A DNA stretch of 64,000 bases from Burkholderiales bacterium. Its GTDB lineage: Bacteria; Pseudomonadota; Gammaproteobacteria; Burkholderiales; Burkholderiaceae_C. Below the pieces are notes generated by a model that was not told the origin of the DNA, did no database searches, and worked only from the letters and a program-made list of their open reading frames with translations. A program made the translations under genes and the position numbers. This document shows, one piece after another, positions 1 to 8,455 of this stretch. The stretch is taken from the NCBI GenBank assembly GCA_947373745.1, contig CANBZB010000001.1, forward strand, positions 2,230-66,229, given 5' to 3'. Positions within the stretch are counted from its first letter, which is position 1, and each line of letters opens with the position of its first letter.

Positions 1-895
1 GGTTGTACTGGCGCTTAATGAGTTCACTCACTACAAAGGTCTCAAACAGTGCGCCTCGCGATACATGGGTATCTAAGGTAACTGTGTCTCGAATTCCGAT
101 TAGCCAAGCCATCAGGCCGACATCCAAAAAATAAAGTTTTGGAGTTTTAACCAGACGTTTGCCAAAGTTTTGGTAGTACGGTTGAATGCGAGTGACTAAG
201 TAACTGGCCTCCAACACAGACAGCCATTCGCGCGCTGTGCTAGCCGATAAACCGCAATCTGCACCTAATGCGGCAAGGTTGAGTATTTGGCCGGACCTGG
301 CGGCACACATTTTGACAAAGCGTTGAAATTGCGTTAAGTCACGTACCGCAATTAGTTGGCGTACATCGCGTTCAATATATGTAGCAATATAGTTACTAAA
401 CCAGTCTTGTGGGGAAACCTGTCTGTCATAAATGCTTGGGTATCCACCCTGTAGAAGACAGGTGTTGAGTTGACTGGGTAATTGATGAGCCTGCGCAAGT
501 TCCTGAATGCTAAGCGGCAAGAGCTCGACACGTCCAACCCTACCTGCTAGGGATTGCGTGATGCCAGCAACCAATTCAAATTGCGACGAACCAGTTAAAA
601 CAAAGTCGCCCATGCGTGATCGCTCATCTACCAATCCTTGTATCCAAGAGAGCAAAGATGGGCATCGCTGAACCTCGTCCAAGATGGCGCCTTCTTTAAA
701 ACGCGCTAAAAATCTTTTGGGATCTTTTTGTGCGAATTCCAACTCTTCAGGGTTTTCCAGTGAAACATAGGTTTTGTTTGGAAACACAAGCTTGGCAAGG
801 GTGGTCTTGCCGGATTGCCTCGGTCCTGTTAACGCAATAACAGGAAATCCTTTAGCTAAACGGGTAAGCGTTGACGTAGCTAGGCGGGGGATCAT
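1..895 (-). CDS. AAA-family ATP-binding protein (AAA_14 + DUF4143 type), runs off the window start
   Basis: Hand translation from ATG at 895: MIPRLATSTLTRLAKGFPVIALTGPRQSGKTT (Walker A), ILDEVQR (Walker B), GGYP, YIATYIERDVRQL, KRLVKTPKLYFLDVG, RGALFETFVVSELIK. Frame is open to the edge; absent from the ORF track because no stop is in the window. Confidence 0.9.
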   Translation of the reverse strand, partial: MIPRLATSTLTRLAKGFPVIALTGPRQSGKTTLAKLVFPNKTYVSLENPEELEFAQKDPKRFLARFKEGAILDEVQRCPSLLSWIQGLVDERSRMGDFVLTGSSQFELVAGITQSLAGRVGRVELLPLSIQELAQAHQLPSQLNTCLLQGGYPSIYDRQVSPQDWFSNYIATYIERDVRQLIAVRDLTQFQRFVKMCAARSGQILNLAALGADCGLSASTAREWLSVLEASYLVTRIQPYYQNFGKRLVKTPKLYFLDVGLMAWLIGIRDTVTLDTHVSRGALFETFVVSELIKRQYN

Positions 896-1070
896 TTATT
901 GCAAATCGGGGATTGAAACGACGATTTGCAAATTTTAGGCGAGAACCATGTATTTCTGCAAGCGTGCGGAGTCAATATGGCTGGCACTGCTCTTGCTTAA
1001 CCCTATGCAAACCTGCCATGAAATCCTTCATTGGCGGGAACTTTTTGACACTTTTAGCAGGAGCTTTGCT

Positions 1071-1541
1071 ATGACACTTATTCAAGAATTGATGAACCAG
1101 GCCGCCGTAGGTGGATTGTTAAACGCCCAAACAATCAAGCGTTTTAGCCCTGCAGAGATTCGCGAAACCATCCAATCTTTGGTAGCTACAGACCAAATGG
1201 CATTGGCAAGCGCCTTGGGTGACGCCGGTTTGAGTATCTATCCCCAAAGCGAAGACATGTTGGCTATTGGCGGTTTGTTGGCAATGACCAACCAAGACTG
1301 GCAATTGGCTGTCGAATTGATCGAAGAACTCGTCGACATCCAAGGCGACAAAACCCCCCCGTTCACCCTGGTGATGTTGGTTCGCGCCCTGCGCTGCAAC
1401 CTCGACCCAGAGCGCGCTTTAGCTGTGGCTCGCCATGGTTTGAGCCTCTATCCCGAGCAATTGGAATTGCAAGCTGAGAAGTTGTCTTTGGACGATTTCA
1501 GCCAGTCCATGATGCCCACACCTTCAGGAATGACGCACTAA
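1071..1541 (+). CDS. TPR-like helical hypothetical protein
   Basis: ORF 948..1541; ATG at 1071 follows a GGAG RBS and is the more likely start. Helical pattern LAMTNQDWQLAVELIEEL...ALAVARHGLSLYPEQLEL resembles TPR. Confidence 0.6.
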   Translation: MTLIQELMNQAAVGGLLNAQTIKRFSPAEIRETIQSLVATDQMALASALGDAGLSIYPQSEDMLAIGGLLAMTNQDWQLAVELIEELVDIQGDKTPPFTLVMLVRALRCNLDPERALAVARHGLSLYPEQLELQAEKLSLDDFSQSMMPTPSGMTH

Positions 1542-1570
1542 GCGGCAACAAGTCGCCCACACCGGCCAAG

Positions 1571-1586
1571 CGGCAAACGCTTGCCG
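1571..1586. promoter_or_regulatory. Inverted repeat CGGCAA-N4-TTGCCG, candidate activator (enhancer) site
   Basis: Perfect 6-bp inverted repeat ~105 bp upstream of the flagellin sigma-54 promoter; another CGGCAA at 1543-1548. Confidence 0.5.
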
Positions 1587-1689
1587 ATTAAGCGACAAAA
1601 CCTTGCCACTGAGTACTTTTATGTTCAAAGAAATGTCGAAAAATTGTCAGAAAAACAGGTTTTTACCTATTCAGAAGAGCAAAACAGAG

Positions 1690-1706
1690 TTGGCACGCGT
1701 TGTGCT
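1690..1706 (+). promoter_or_regulatory. sigma-54 (-24/-12) promoter of the flagellin gene
   Basis: TTGGCACGCGTTGTGCT: TGGCAC with GG-N10-GC spacing, ~47 bp before the flagellin ATG. Confidence 0.75.
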
Positions 1707-1752
1707 TAACCAGTGGTAAGTTTATTCGACCTAGTTAGGTCAGGAGAAAAAA

Positions 1753-4700
1753 ATGGCAGTTATTAATACCAACGTCAAAGCATTGTTTTCACAGATGGCT
1801 TTAAACACATCTGGCCGTGCACAAACTGTTGCCATGCAACAGTTGTCTACGGGCAAGCGTATCAACTCGGCTAGAGATGATGCAGCCGGCATGGCAATCG
1901 CAACACGCATGACCCACCAAATTCGCAGCTTGAACCAAGCCGTGCGCAATGCGGGTGATGCGATCTCCTTGATCCAAACCGCTGAGGGTGCGACCAACGA
2001 AATCACAGACATGATGCAACGCATGCGTGAATTGGCTATCCAAGCAGTCAACGACACCAACGATCCACAACAACGTGGTTACTTGGATTTGGAATTCCAA
2101 CAACTCAAACAGCAAATTGTCCAAATTGCCGACAACACGGAGTGGAACGGGTTCCCTGTGTTGAACGGTAAAGCTGGTGAGCAAGTAGGTGAGATGCCTG
2201 TTTACAAGGCCACATCTAATAACCAGTATGGCGACGTATTGTTGAGCCCAACTACTACTCGAGTGATCGAGGGCACTGCTTCTGGTGAGCAGCAAACCAT
2301 TACTTTTGATACAACGGCTATTCCTGCAACTGCTTCAACCATAGAGACTGCGGCAGTAACTTTCCCAACAACAAGTTTGGCTGCAGGAGATTCGATCACT
2401 GTAGCTGGGTTAACTTTCACAGCGACTGCTGCAGTAACAAAATCTCAAATGGGCGATGCTTTCGCTTCACTCGCGAATGGTGCAACTACCGGAGCAAGCA
2501 CTTTAGGTACATACAGTGGAACATTCTCTGGATATACCTCAGGTACCAATACGGCAGGTGTCGTAACTTTCACCAGTGTGGCCCGTGGAAATGTGACCAA
2601 TATTGCATTGAGTGGTTCAGTAACCGCTCCTACTGCAGCCGTTACAGCAGGTGTTTCAGCCACTGGAGGATTTACCGGCACGCGAACATTTAATTTCGCT
2701 GGCGAAACGATCAATTTGCAGTGGGATGCCATTAAGAAGACAGATGAGTCAGGCGTGGATTCTGCGAAGCTGTTGGCTCAAATCAAACAGCAATTGGAAT
2801 CTACAGATAAGTTTGGTACGGGTTCAGGTCGCTCAGTCGCTATCAGCGGAACGAGCTTAGTTTTGACATATGCTGCCAAAGACCAAGATGTCGCAGCTGC
2901 TCAATTAGTAGATGCATCGAACGACGGATTTTTCAAGGTCGGTACGGTTGCTGTAAGTCGCAATGCCATTACGCAAACGGATGAAAACTTTGACAACAAC
3001 GGACGTTTCCTGCGTAGCGGAAACTTGGTTATTGAGCATACCGACACGAATAATGACGGTAGCTTGGATATCAAGGCTGTGTTTACTACCCCTGATAACA
3101 AGAGCGTCAATTTGACGGGTACTTTTGACAGCACCAAAGGCACTGTCAAATTTTTGAAACAAGACGGCATCAACAGTACGGTTATCTCAGACAACCTTAC
3201 TTATGTCATGAAAGACCCTAATGGATCTCCCTTGGATGGAGTTGCATTGGAAAAAAATCTGAATTTACGTAACTTCAAATTGTCAGTTGACGTATCAGGC
3301 AGCATACCTGCGATGCGTGCTGGAGATTTGTTGATTAACGGCGTCGAAATTGGCGGATCTTTTGCAACAGACGATCCTTATTCACCCATCAACAACGCCA
3401 ATGGTTCTGCTATTGCTAAAGCTGCGGCGATCAATCGCAAGGCTTCTGAAGGCAGCGGTCCTGTTGGTGAGTCGCAAGCCATTACCTTCTCGGGTACGCC
3501 TATCCCAGGTGTGATTACCGTGGGTGGTGTCAGCGTTGAACTCACAGCGATGGAAAACACGCCAGCTTTGGCCGTCGCAAAAATTGCAGAAACGATGCGC
3601 AACAGCGCCCAGTTTGGTCAGGGTTCCGGCCGTACGGTTAATTACGCCCCTGGAAGCACCATCATTGGTGTGGACTTTCCCGTCACGGATGGCCAAGTCA
3701 GTGCGATCGACGTGCAGCAACGCGATACCAATTTAGCCAGCGTGACCGATACAACGCGCCAATACAGCTCATCCTCTGCAGGAACTGGCGTATTTGCCAA
3801 GGTGAATGAGAACATCTTCACCGGTAAAGCTATGAGTGGCAATTCTGTTGTCTCAGGCGTTGTATTTATCAACGGTTATGCGTCAGCAAAAATTGAGACC
3901 TTGATGAACAACCCGCGTGATACCCGCGCCAATGTTGTGCGAGCTATCAACCTCATCAGTGACAAAACTGGCGTTGTTGCCGAAGACACAGGTTCAGACC
4001 AATTAGGCGTGACCTTGAAAGCGGCTGACGGCCGTAATATTGAAATTACTTTTGAAACAACCGCTATTGCAAGCGACTTCGGTAACCGAATTGGTATGCG
4101 CGAAGGTGTACAAAGTTCAACCATCTCTTTGGAATCGAAAATTCCAAACGCAGTTGTACTGTCAAGCTCTGCGGTCGGTGACATTTCTCGCGTAGGCTTA
4201 CTCGAAGGAAACTACAGTAAAAATCAAGCAGTGGTCAATTCGAAGGAACGTCCTTTGGTTGATCCATCTGTTAAACAAGTCAGTAGCGCAGCGTTTACTG
4301 GCCCAGCGTTAGTGGGTGATAAATTCACGCTTGTCGTAAACGGCACTGAACACAGCATTACTGCAACAGCTGGACAAACAACACAATCGTTACGCGACGC
4401 AATGGTGACCAAGTTTGCAGCTGACAACGATCAAAACGTCGAAGTTTTGGCAGGTAATACAGTGGGCGAATTCGTCATCCGTGCCAAAACACCAGGACGC
4501 TCTTTCACGGCTGCTACGGCCATGGTGCCCACCACTGGTTCAACTGCAACGGTTTCTTCTGTGAAGACGGTTGTTGCAAATCAGATTGCCCAATTCAAAG
4601 CCTTAGGTGCGGATGACTTAGAAATCAATGGAATAAAAATCCGTGCTACCAATAATGCAGACGATATTTACTCTAACCAAATTGCAAGCAGCAGCAATCC

Positions 4701-6216
4701 AGCGGCCAGTGCCATTGCGATGGCCAAAGCAATCAATACACACACACCAGAAACTGGTGTGCGTGCGATAGCTAATCCCGTAGTATTGAAGGGAAGTTCA
4801 ACTACAACTGGTTCAACCCAGTTGGCAACCTGGGATGCGGCGCCAAATACAGTGAAAGCTGTGAACGAGCCTGTAGGTATTCAGTCTCTCTACCTCAACG
4901 GTACGGAAATCAAGGTTGAGTTCAAAAAGGATGACACGCCCGCTGAACGCCGAATCAATTTAGTTAAAGCTGTCAACACATACAGTGGAACCCACGGCAT
5001 AGTAGCTACCGATAACGGTAAGGGACTCACGCTAGAAGCGACAGATGGTCGAAATGTTTCAGTCTGGTACGACGCCAGTATTGAAGGTTTATCGCCTGCA
5101 AGTTTCGGATTGGATGAGGGCAGTGCCCAAAGTCAAATCTCTAAAGTCAAAATCGGCGGATCATCAGTTAGCACGGGCGATACAGTGACCGTACAAATTA
5201 ACGGCACGACGATCACCACAACAGCAACTTCTGGTGTCACAACGCCAGCCGCAATGGCTACTTTGTTGATGACCGCCATCAATGCCAAGGTGTCTGCAAG
5301 TATCACTTTGGACGCAGACCCTTCTACTTTGGCATCTGCTAAGACACATATGAGCAATTTGATTGCTTATATTGACCCCAACGACTCAACTGCAGTGTTA
5401 GTGCAGTCAAAAGTTCCTGGCTCACCATTCGTCATGCTCGGTGCTTCATCCACGGATGATGCCCAAACTGTCTCCATGGGAACCGTCCAAGAAAACAGTT
5501 TTGGCAATAACCAGATCACCGGTATCGTCGGTGCAACTGAGTCATCCAGCGAAGCGCGTACGGTGTATGGCACCGTTCGCATGATTGCTGAACCGGCACA
5601 TTTGCCAGCGCTGCCTTCCACAGACGGCAAAGCACCTAATTTGACGGGTGTGTCTGGTAAACCAATCAGCATCAACGTCGGTGACGATGGTTTCAGCTCT
5701 GCTAGCAACTTCTCTGACCTAGGCTTCTCTGTGGGAACCTTTGGCGGTCGTTCAAGCTCTGAGATGGATCCACCGCGCGTCGGACGACTGGCCTTCCAAG
5801 TTGGATCATCGGCTCGCCAAATGGTGACCATCGACTTGGCCGACTTCGGTAAAGGCGGACCCATCACTGGTGAAATCACGGGCGACGTAGACAAAGCTGT
5901 TGAGAACCGTACTGTGCGTATCAATACCCGCGACGGCGCAACTGCAGTTTTGAACTTGCTCGACGAAGCGATGGACAAAGTCAACGCAACCCGTGCCACC
6001 ATGGGTGCTGTGATGAACCGTCTAGACCACGTGATCAACAACCTGACCAACGTGTCTATGAATATGTCTGCTTCACGCAGCCAGATTGAAGACGCAGACT
6101 ACGCTTCTTCTTCTACTGAATTGGCCAAAACCCAAATCATGCAGCAAGCAGCGACTGCGGTGTTGGCGCAAGCGAACACCAGCCAACAGTCAGTCTTGAA
6201 GTTGTTAGGTAACTAA
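1753..6216 (+). CDS. fliC: Giant flagellin, 1487 aa
   Basis: N-terminal MAVINTN...LSTGKRINSARDDAAG...AEGA and C-terminal RATMGAVMNRL...SRSQIEDADYA...QQAATAVLAQAN are canonical D0/D1; ~1150-aa central region with repeated 'ING' (flagellin IN-type) modules. Confidence 0.97.
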   Translation: MAVINTNVKALFSQMALNTSGRAQTVAMQQLSTGKRINSARDDAAGMAIATRMTHQIRSLNQAVRNAGDAISLIQTAEGATNEITDMMQRMRELAIQAVNDTNDPQQRGYLDLEFQQLKQQIVQIADNTEWNGFPVLNGKAGEQVGEMPVYKATSNNQYGDVLLSPTTTRVIEGTASGEQQTITFDTTAIPATASTIETAAVTFPTTSLAAGDSITVAGLTFTATAAVTKSQMGDAFASLANGATTGASTLGTYSGTFSGYTSGTNTAGVVTFTSVARGNVTNIALSGSVTAPTAAVTAGVSATGGFTGTRTFNFAGETINLQWDAIKKTDESGVDSAKLLAQIKQQLESTDKFGTGSGRSVAISGTSLVLTYAAKDQDVAAAQLVDASNDGFFKVGTVAVSRNAITQTDENFDNNGRFLRSGNLVIEHTDTNNDGSLDIKAVFTTPDNKSVNLTGTFDSTKGTVKFLKQDGINSTVISDNLTYVMKDPNGSPLDGVALEKNLNLRNFKLSVDVSGSIPAMRAGDLLINGVEIGGSFATDDPYSPINNANGSAIAKAAAINRKASEGSGPVGESQAITFSGTPIPGVITVGGVSVELTAMENTPALAVAKIAETMRNSAQFGQGSGRTVNYAPGSTIIGVDFPVTDGQVSAIDVQQRDTNLASVTDTTRQYSSSSAGTGVFAKVNENIFTGKAMSGNSVVSGVVFINGYASAKIETLMNNPRDTRANVVRAINLISDKTGVVAEDTGSDQLGVTLKAADGRNIEITFETTAIASDFGNRIGMREGVQSSTISLESKIPNAVVLSSSAVGDISRVGLLEGNYSKNQAVVNSKERPLVDPSVKQVSSAAFTGPALVGDKFTLVVNGTEHSITATAGQTTQSLRDAMVTKFAADNDQNVEVLAGNTVGEFVIRAKTPGRSFTAATAMVPTTGSTATVSSVKTVVANQIAQFKALGADDLEINGIKIRATNNADDIYSNQIASSSNPAASAIAMAKAINTHTPETGVRAIANPVVLKGSSTTTGSTQLATWDAAPNTVKAVNEPVGIQSLYLNGTEIKVEFKKDDTPAERRINLVKAVNTYSGTHGIVATDNGKGLTLEATDGRNVSVWYDASIEGLSPASFGLDEGSAQSQISKVKIGGSSVSTGDTVTVQINGTTITTTATSGVTTPAAMATLLMTAINAKVSASITLDADPSTLASAKTHMSNLIAYIDPNDSTAVLVQSKVPGSPFVMLGASSTDDAQTVSMGTVQENSFGNNQITGIVGATESSSEARTVYGTVRMIAEPAHLPALPSTDGKAPNLTGVSGKPISINVGDDGFSSASNFSDLGFSVGTFGGRSSSEMDPPRVGRLAFQVGSSARQMVTIDLADFGKGGPITGEITGDVDKAVENRTVRINTRDGATAVLNLLDEAMDKVNATRATMGAVMNRLDHVINNLTNVSMNMSASRSQIEDADYASSSTELAKTQIMQQAATAVLAQANTSQQSVLKLLGN

Positions 6217-6244
6217 TTAACTACTGGAAAGTAACGGCTAACCC

Positions 6245-6577
6245 ATGAAAGCCGCCCAAGGCCAAACGCCTCTAGCAGCAGACCATGCAGCGGGTCCCAC
6301 AAAGGGTCCCAACTGCTGGGACTGTCGCCATATGGCGATTACGTGGGACGTTCGAACTCCTTACAGCTGCAAATTGATGGGGTTTCGTTCGCGCAATATT
6401 CCCTCCATCGAGGTTTTACGCAATGACGGGCGCTTTTGTAGTGGTTTCACTGCCAAACCTGCGCCAACCGCTGCAAATACTCCCAAGCCCAAGCCAACTT
6501 TGGCTGTCGGCAAGACGACAAACCGTCGAAATACTGACCCTAGCACCCCTTTTCCGCAGATTAACTTAATCATTTAG
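6245..6577 (+). CDS. Small four-cysteine hypothetical protein (CxxC...C...C)
   Basis: CWDCRHMAITWD...PYSC...GFRS...PS.EV...G..C..F followed by a Pro/Lys/Thr tail; 28 bp after the flagellin stop. Confidence 0.7.
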   Translation: MKAAQGQTPLAADHAAGPTKGPNCWDCRHMAITWDVRTPYSCKLMGFRSRNIPSIEVLRNDGRFCSGFTAKPAPTAANTPKPKPTLAVGKTTNRRNTDPSTPFPQINLII

Positions 6578-6590
6578 GTTTCAATCGGTG

Positions 6591-6607
6591 CTGGCACGCA
6601 CTTTGCA
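6591..6607 (+). promoter_or_regulatory. sigma-54 (-24/-12) promoter of the activator-fliEFGHIJ operon
   Basis: CTGGCACGCACTTTGCA is a near-perfect match to TGGCACG-N4-TTGCW. Confidence 0.88.
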
Positions 6608-6642
6608 TAACAGTCTTACCTTAATTTCTAGGCTGTTCAAAA

Positions 6643-8097
6643 GTGATTGCTTCTTCTGTCAACGTTATTCATGCCGTGTGGTTGGACCCATTTAGTCCGA
6701 TCGACGACGCAGATCGCGCCCAGCTAGATGCCGCCGGCATCAGCTTGGAAACTGTTCGTACCCTTGGTGAGCTCACGCTGGCATTGCGCCGCGCGCACAT
6801 GTTGGTCATTCGCTTAGGCGATAGCGCCGAGTTGTTGCAAGAGGTCCAAACGCTCATCGGCCAACTCGGTAACACCGTGCCTGTGCTGTGCCGCGTAGAC
6901 CGCCGCCGTATGGAAGTCGCTGTTGACGCCATGCGTTTAGGTGCATTGCATGTGTTGCCTGCCGACGAATGGACGCCCGCTATTTGGCAAGAAGCGGTGC
7001 AAGGTTTGAATTCCCCAGAACTCACTACTAAGAGCTATGTGTTCGTAGACCCAACTAGCCAACACTTGCTGGCATTGGCACAACGCGTCGCGCAAACTGA
7101 AGTCACCGCTTTATTAGTTGGCCCAACCGGCGCTGGTAAAGAAGTCTTAGCCCGTGTGTTGCACGAATCATCTCCACGCGCCAAAGGCCCGTTTGTAGCC
7201 TTGAACTGCGCAGCGATGCCAGAGCATTTGATCGAAGACATGTTGTTCGGTCACGAGAAAGGCGCTTTTACTGGCGCTTTGAAAGAACACAAAGGTTTGT
7301 TTGAACAAGCCGAAGGTGGCACGATTTTCTTGGACGAGATTGGTGAGATGCCAATGAACTTGCAAGCCAAGTTATTGCGCGTCTTGCAAGAGAAAAAACT
7401 CAACCGTTTAGGCGGTGAGGCATTGATCGACCTGAACGTGCGTGTCATCGCTGCCACCAACAAAGATTTAAAACTGGCGATCGAGCAACGCGAATTCCGT
7501 GAAGACTTGTATTTCCGTATCAGCACATTCCGCTTACGTATTCAGCCTTTGAAAGACCGTCCAGGCGACATCATGCCTTTGGTCATTCAATCGTTGTCAC
7601 GCCACATCAAAGGGGGCTTGCCTTTCACGGTGTCACCCGAAGCCCAAGCCATGTTGGCGAGCTACCCGTGGCCCGGCAATGTGCGTGAATTAGAAAACGT
7701 GGTGCAACGCGCCGTCGTGTTGTGTGGTGGCCGTGTGGTCACTCCAGCACACGTGATGTTTGACGATGCGGGTTTAGACGACCAAGCAGGTTACGCCAGC
7801 CAAATGGAAAACCTCGCGCAAACGATGCCTGCCGTCTCATATGCGCAGCCAACGTATACACAACCCACTTACGCGCAACCCGCGTCAAGTGCACCGATTG
7901 AAATTCGCCCGACTGAAACCCCTGTGAACTTAGAGCACGCCGTGATGGTGAGCGAACAACAGGTGATCATGGCTGCGATCCAAAGTACCGACAGCCGCAT
8001 GGAAGCGGCTGCCAAGTTGGGTATCAGCCCACGCACATTGCGCTACAAGCTCGCACAACTGCGTAGCCGTGGCATGACAGAAGGAGTCGCCGCATGA
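6643..8097 (+). CDS. sigma-54-dependent flagellar activator (FleR/FlrC/FleT/LafK position) with degenerate receiver domain
   Basis: GPTGAGKE Walker A, HEKGAFTGA, FLDEIGEM Walker B, REDLYFR, WPGNVRELEN, C-terminal HTH AAAKLGISPRTLRYKL; directly upstream of fliE. Confidence 0.92.
   Translation: MIASSVNVIHAVWLDPFSPIDDADRAQLDAAGISLETVRTLGELTLALRRAHMLVIRLGDSAELLQEVQTLIGQLGNTVPVLCRVDRRRMEVAVDAMRLGALHVLPADEWTPAIWQEAVQGLNSPELTTKSYVFVDPTSQHLLALAQRVAQTEVTALLVGPTGAGKEVLARVLHESSPRAKGPFVALNCAAMPEHLIEDMLFGHEKGAFTGALKEHKGLFEQAEGGTIFLDEIGEMPMNLQAKLLRVLQEKKLNRLGGEALIDLNVRVIAATNKDLKLAIEQREFREDLYFRISTFRLRIQPLKDRPGDIMPLVIQSLSRHIKGGLPFTVSPEAQAMLASYPWPGNVRELENVVQRAVVLCGGRVVTPAHVMFDDAGLDDQAGYASQMENLAQTMPAVSYAQPTYTQPTYAQPASSAPIEIRPTETPVNLEHAVMVSEQQVIMAAIQSTDSRMEAAAKLGISPRTLRYKLAQLRSRGMTEGVAA
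7840..7881 (+). repeat. 15-bp tandem repeat encoding YAQPT-YTQPT-YAQP linker
   Basis: tatgcgcagccaacg / tatacacaacccact / tacgcgcaaccc between the AAA+ and HTH domains. Confidence 0.65.
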
Positions 8098-8435
8098 TCG
8101 ATCGAATTTCTAATGCCAACGTCCAGTCCATGCTGGAGGTTTTGCGCAGTTACCAATCCCAAGCGACGGGTGGTGCAGGTTCAACCACTGAACCAGCGGC
8201 TACCAAAGTAGGCCAACCCACGTTTTTTGACTCCGTTAAAAACGCACTCGACAAAGTCAACGACACAGACAACAAAGCTGGCGCGTTGTCGGAAGCCTAT
8301 GACCGCGGCGAAGAAGTGCCCCTCACCGAAGTGGTGTTGAGCATGCAAAAAGCTTCTCTGGCTTTTGAAGCCACCCTCCAAGTACGCAACAAAGTGATGA
8401 AGGCGTACGAGGAAATCATGAACATGCCGGTTTGA
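8094..8435 (+). CDS. fliE: Flagellar hook-basal body protein FliE
   Basis: EVVLSMQKASLAFEATLQVRNKVMKAYEEIMNMPV signature. Confidence 0.96.
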   Translation: MIDRISNANVQSMLEVLRSYQSQATGGAGSTTEPAATKVGQPTFFDSVKNALDKVNDTDNKAGALSEAYDRGEEVPLTEVVLSMQKASLAFEATLQVRNKVMKAYEEIMNMPV

Positions 8436-8455
8436 TGTTGGACTGAAAGACAGAT

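Noticed and set aside
352-537. 61-aa ORF in the track
   Set aside because: Alternative frame within the AAA ATPase gene.
1740-6050. Many minus-strand ORFs inside flagellin (e.g. 5367..6050, 227 aa)
   Set aside because: Antisense shadows caused by codon bias, with no recognisable motifs. The same applies to most short ORFs overlapping real genes across the window.
6245-6577. Label 'uracil-DNA glycosylase' for the Cys4 protein
   Set aside because: Too short and lacks UDG catalytic motifs.
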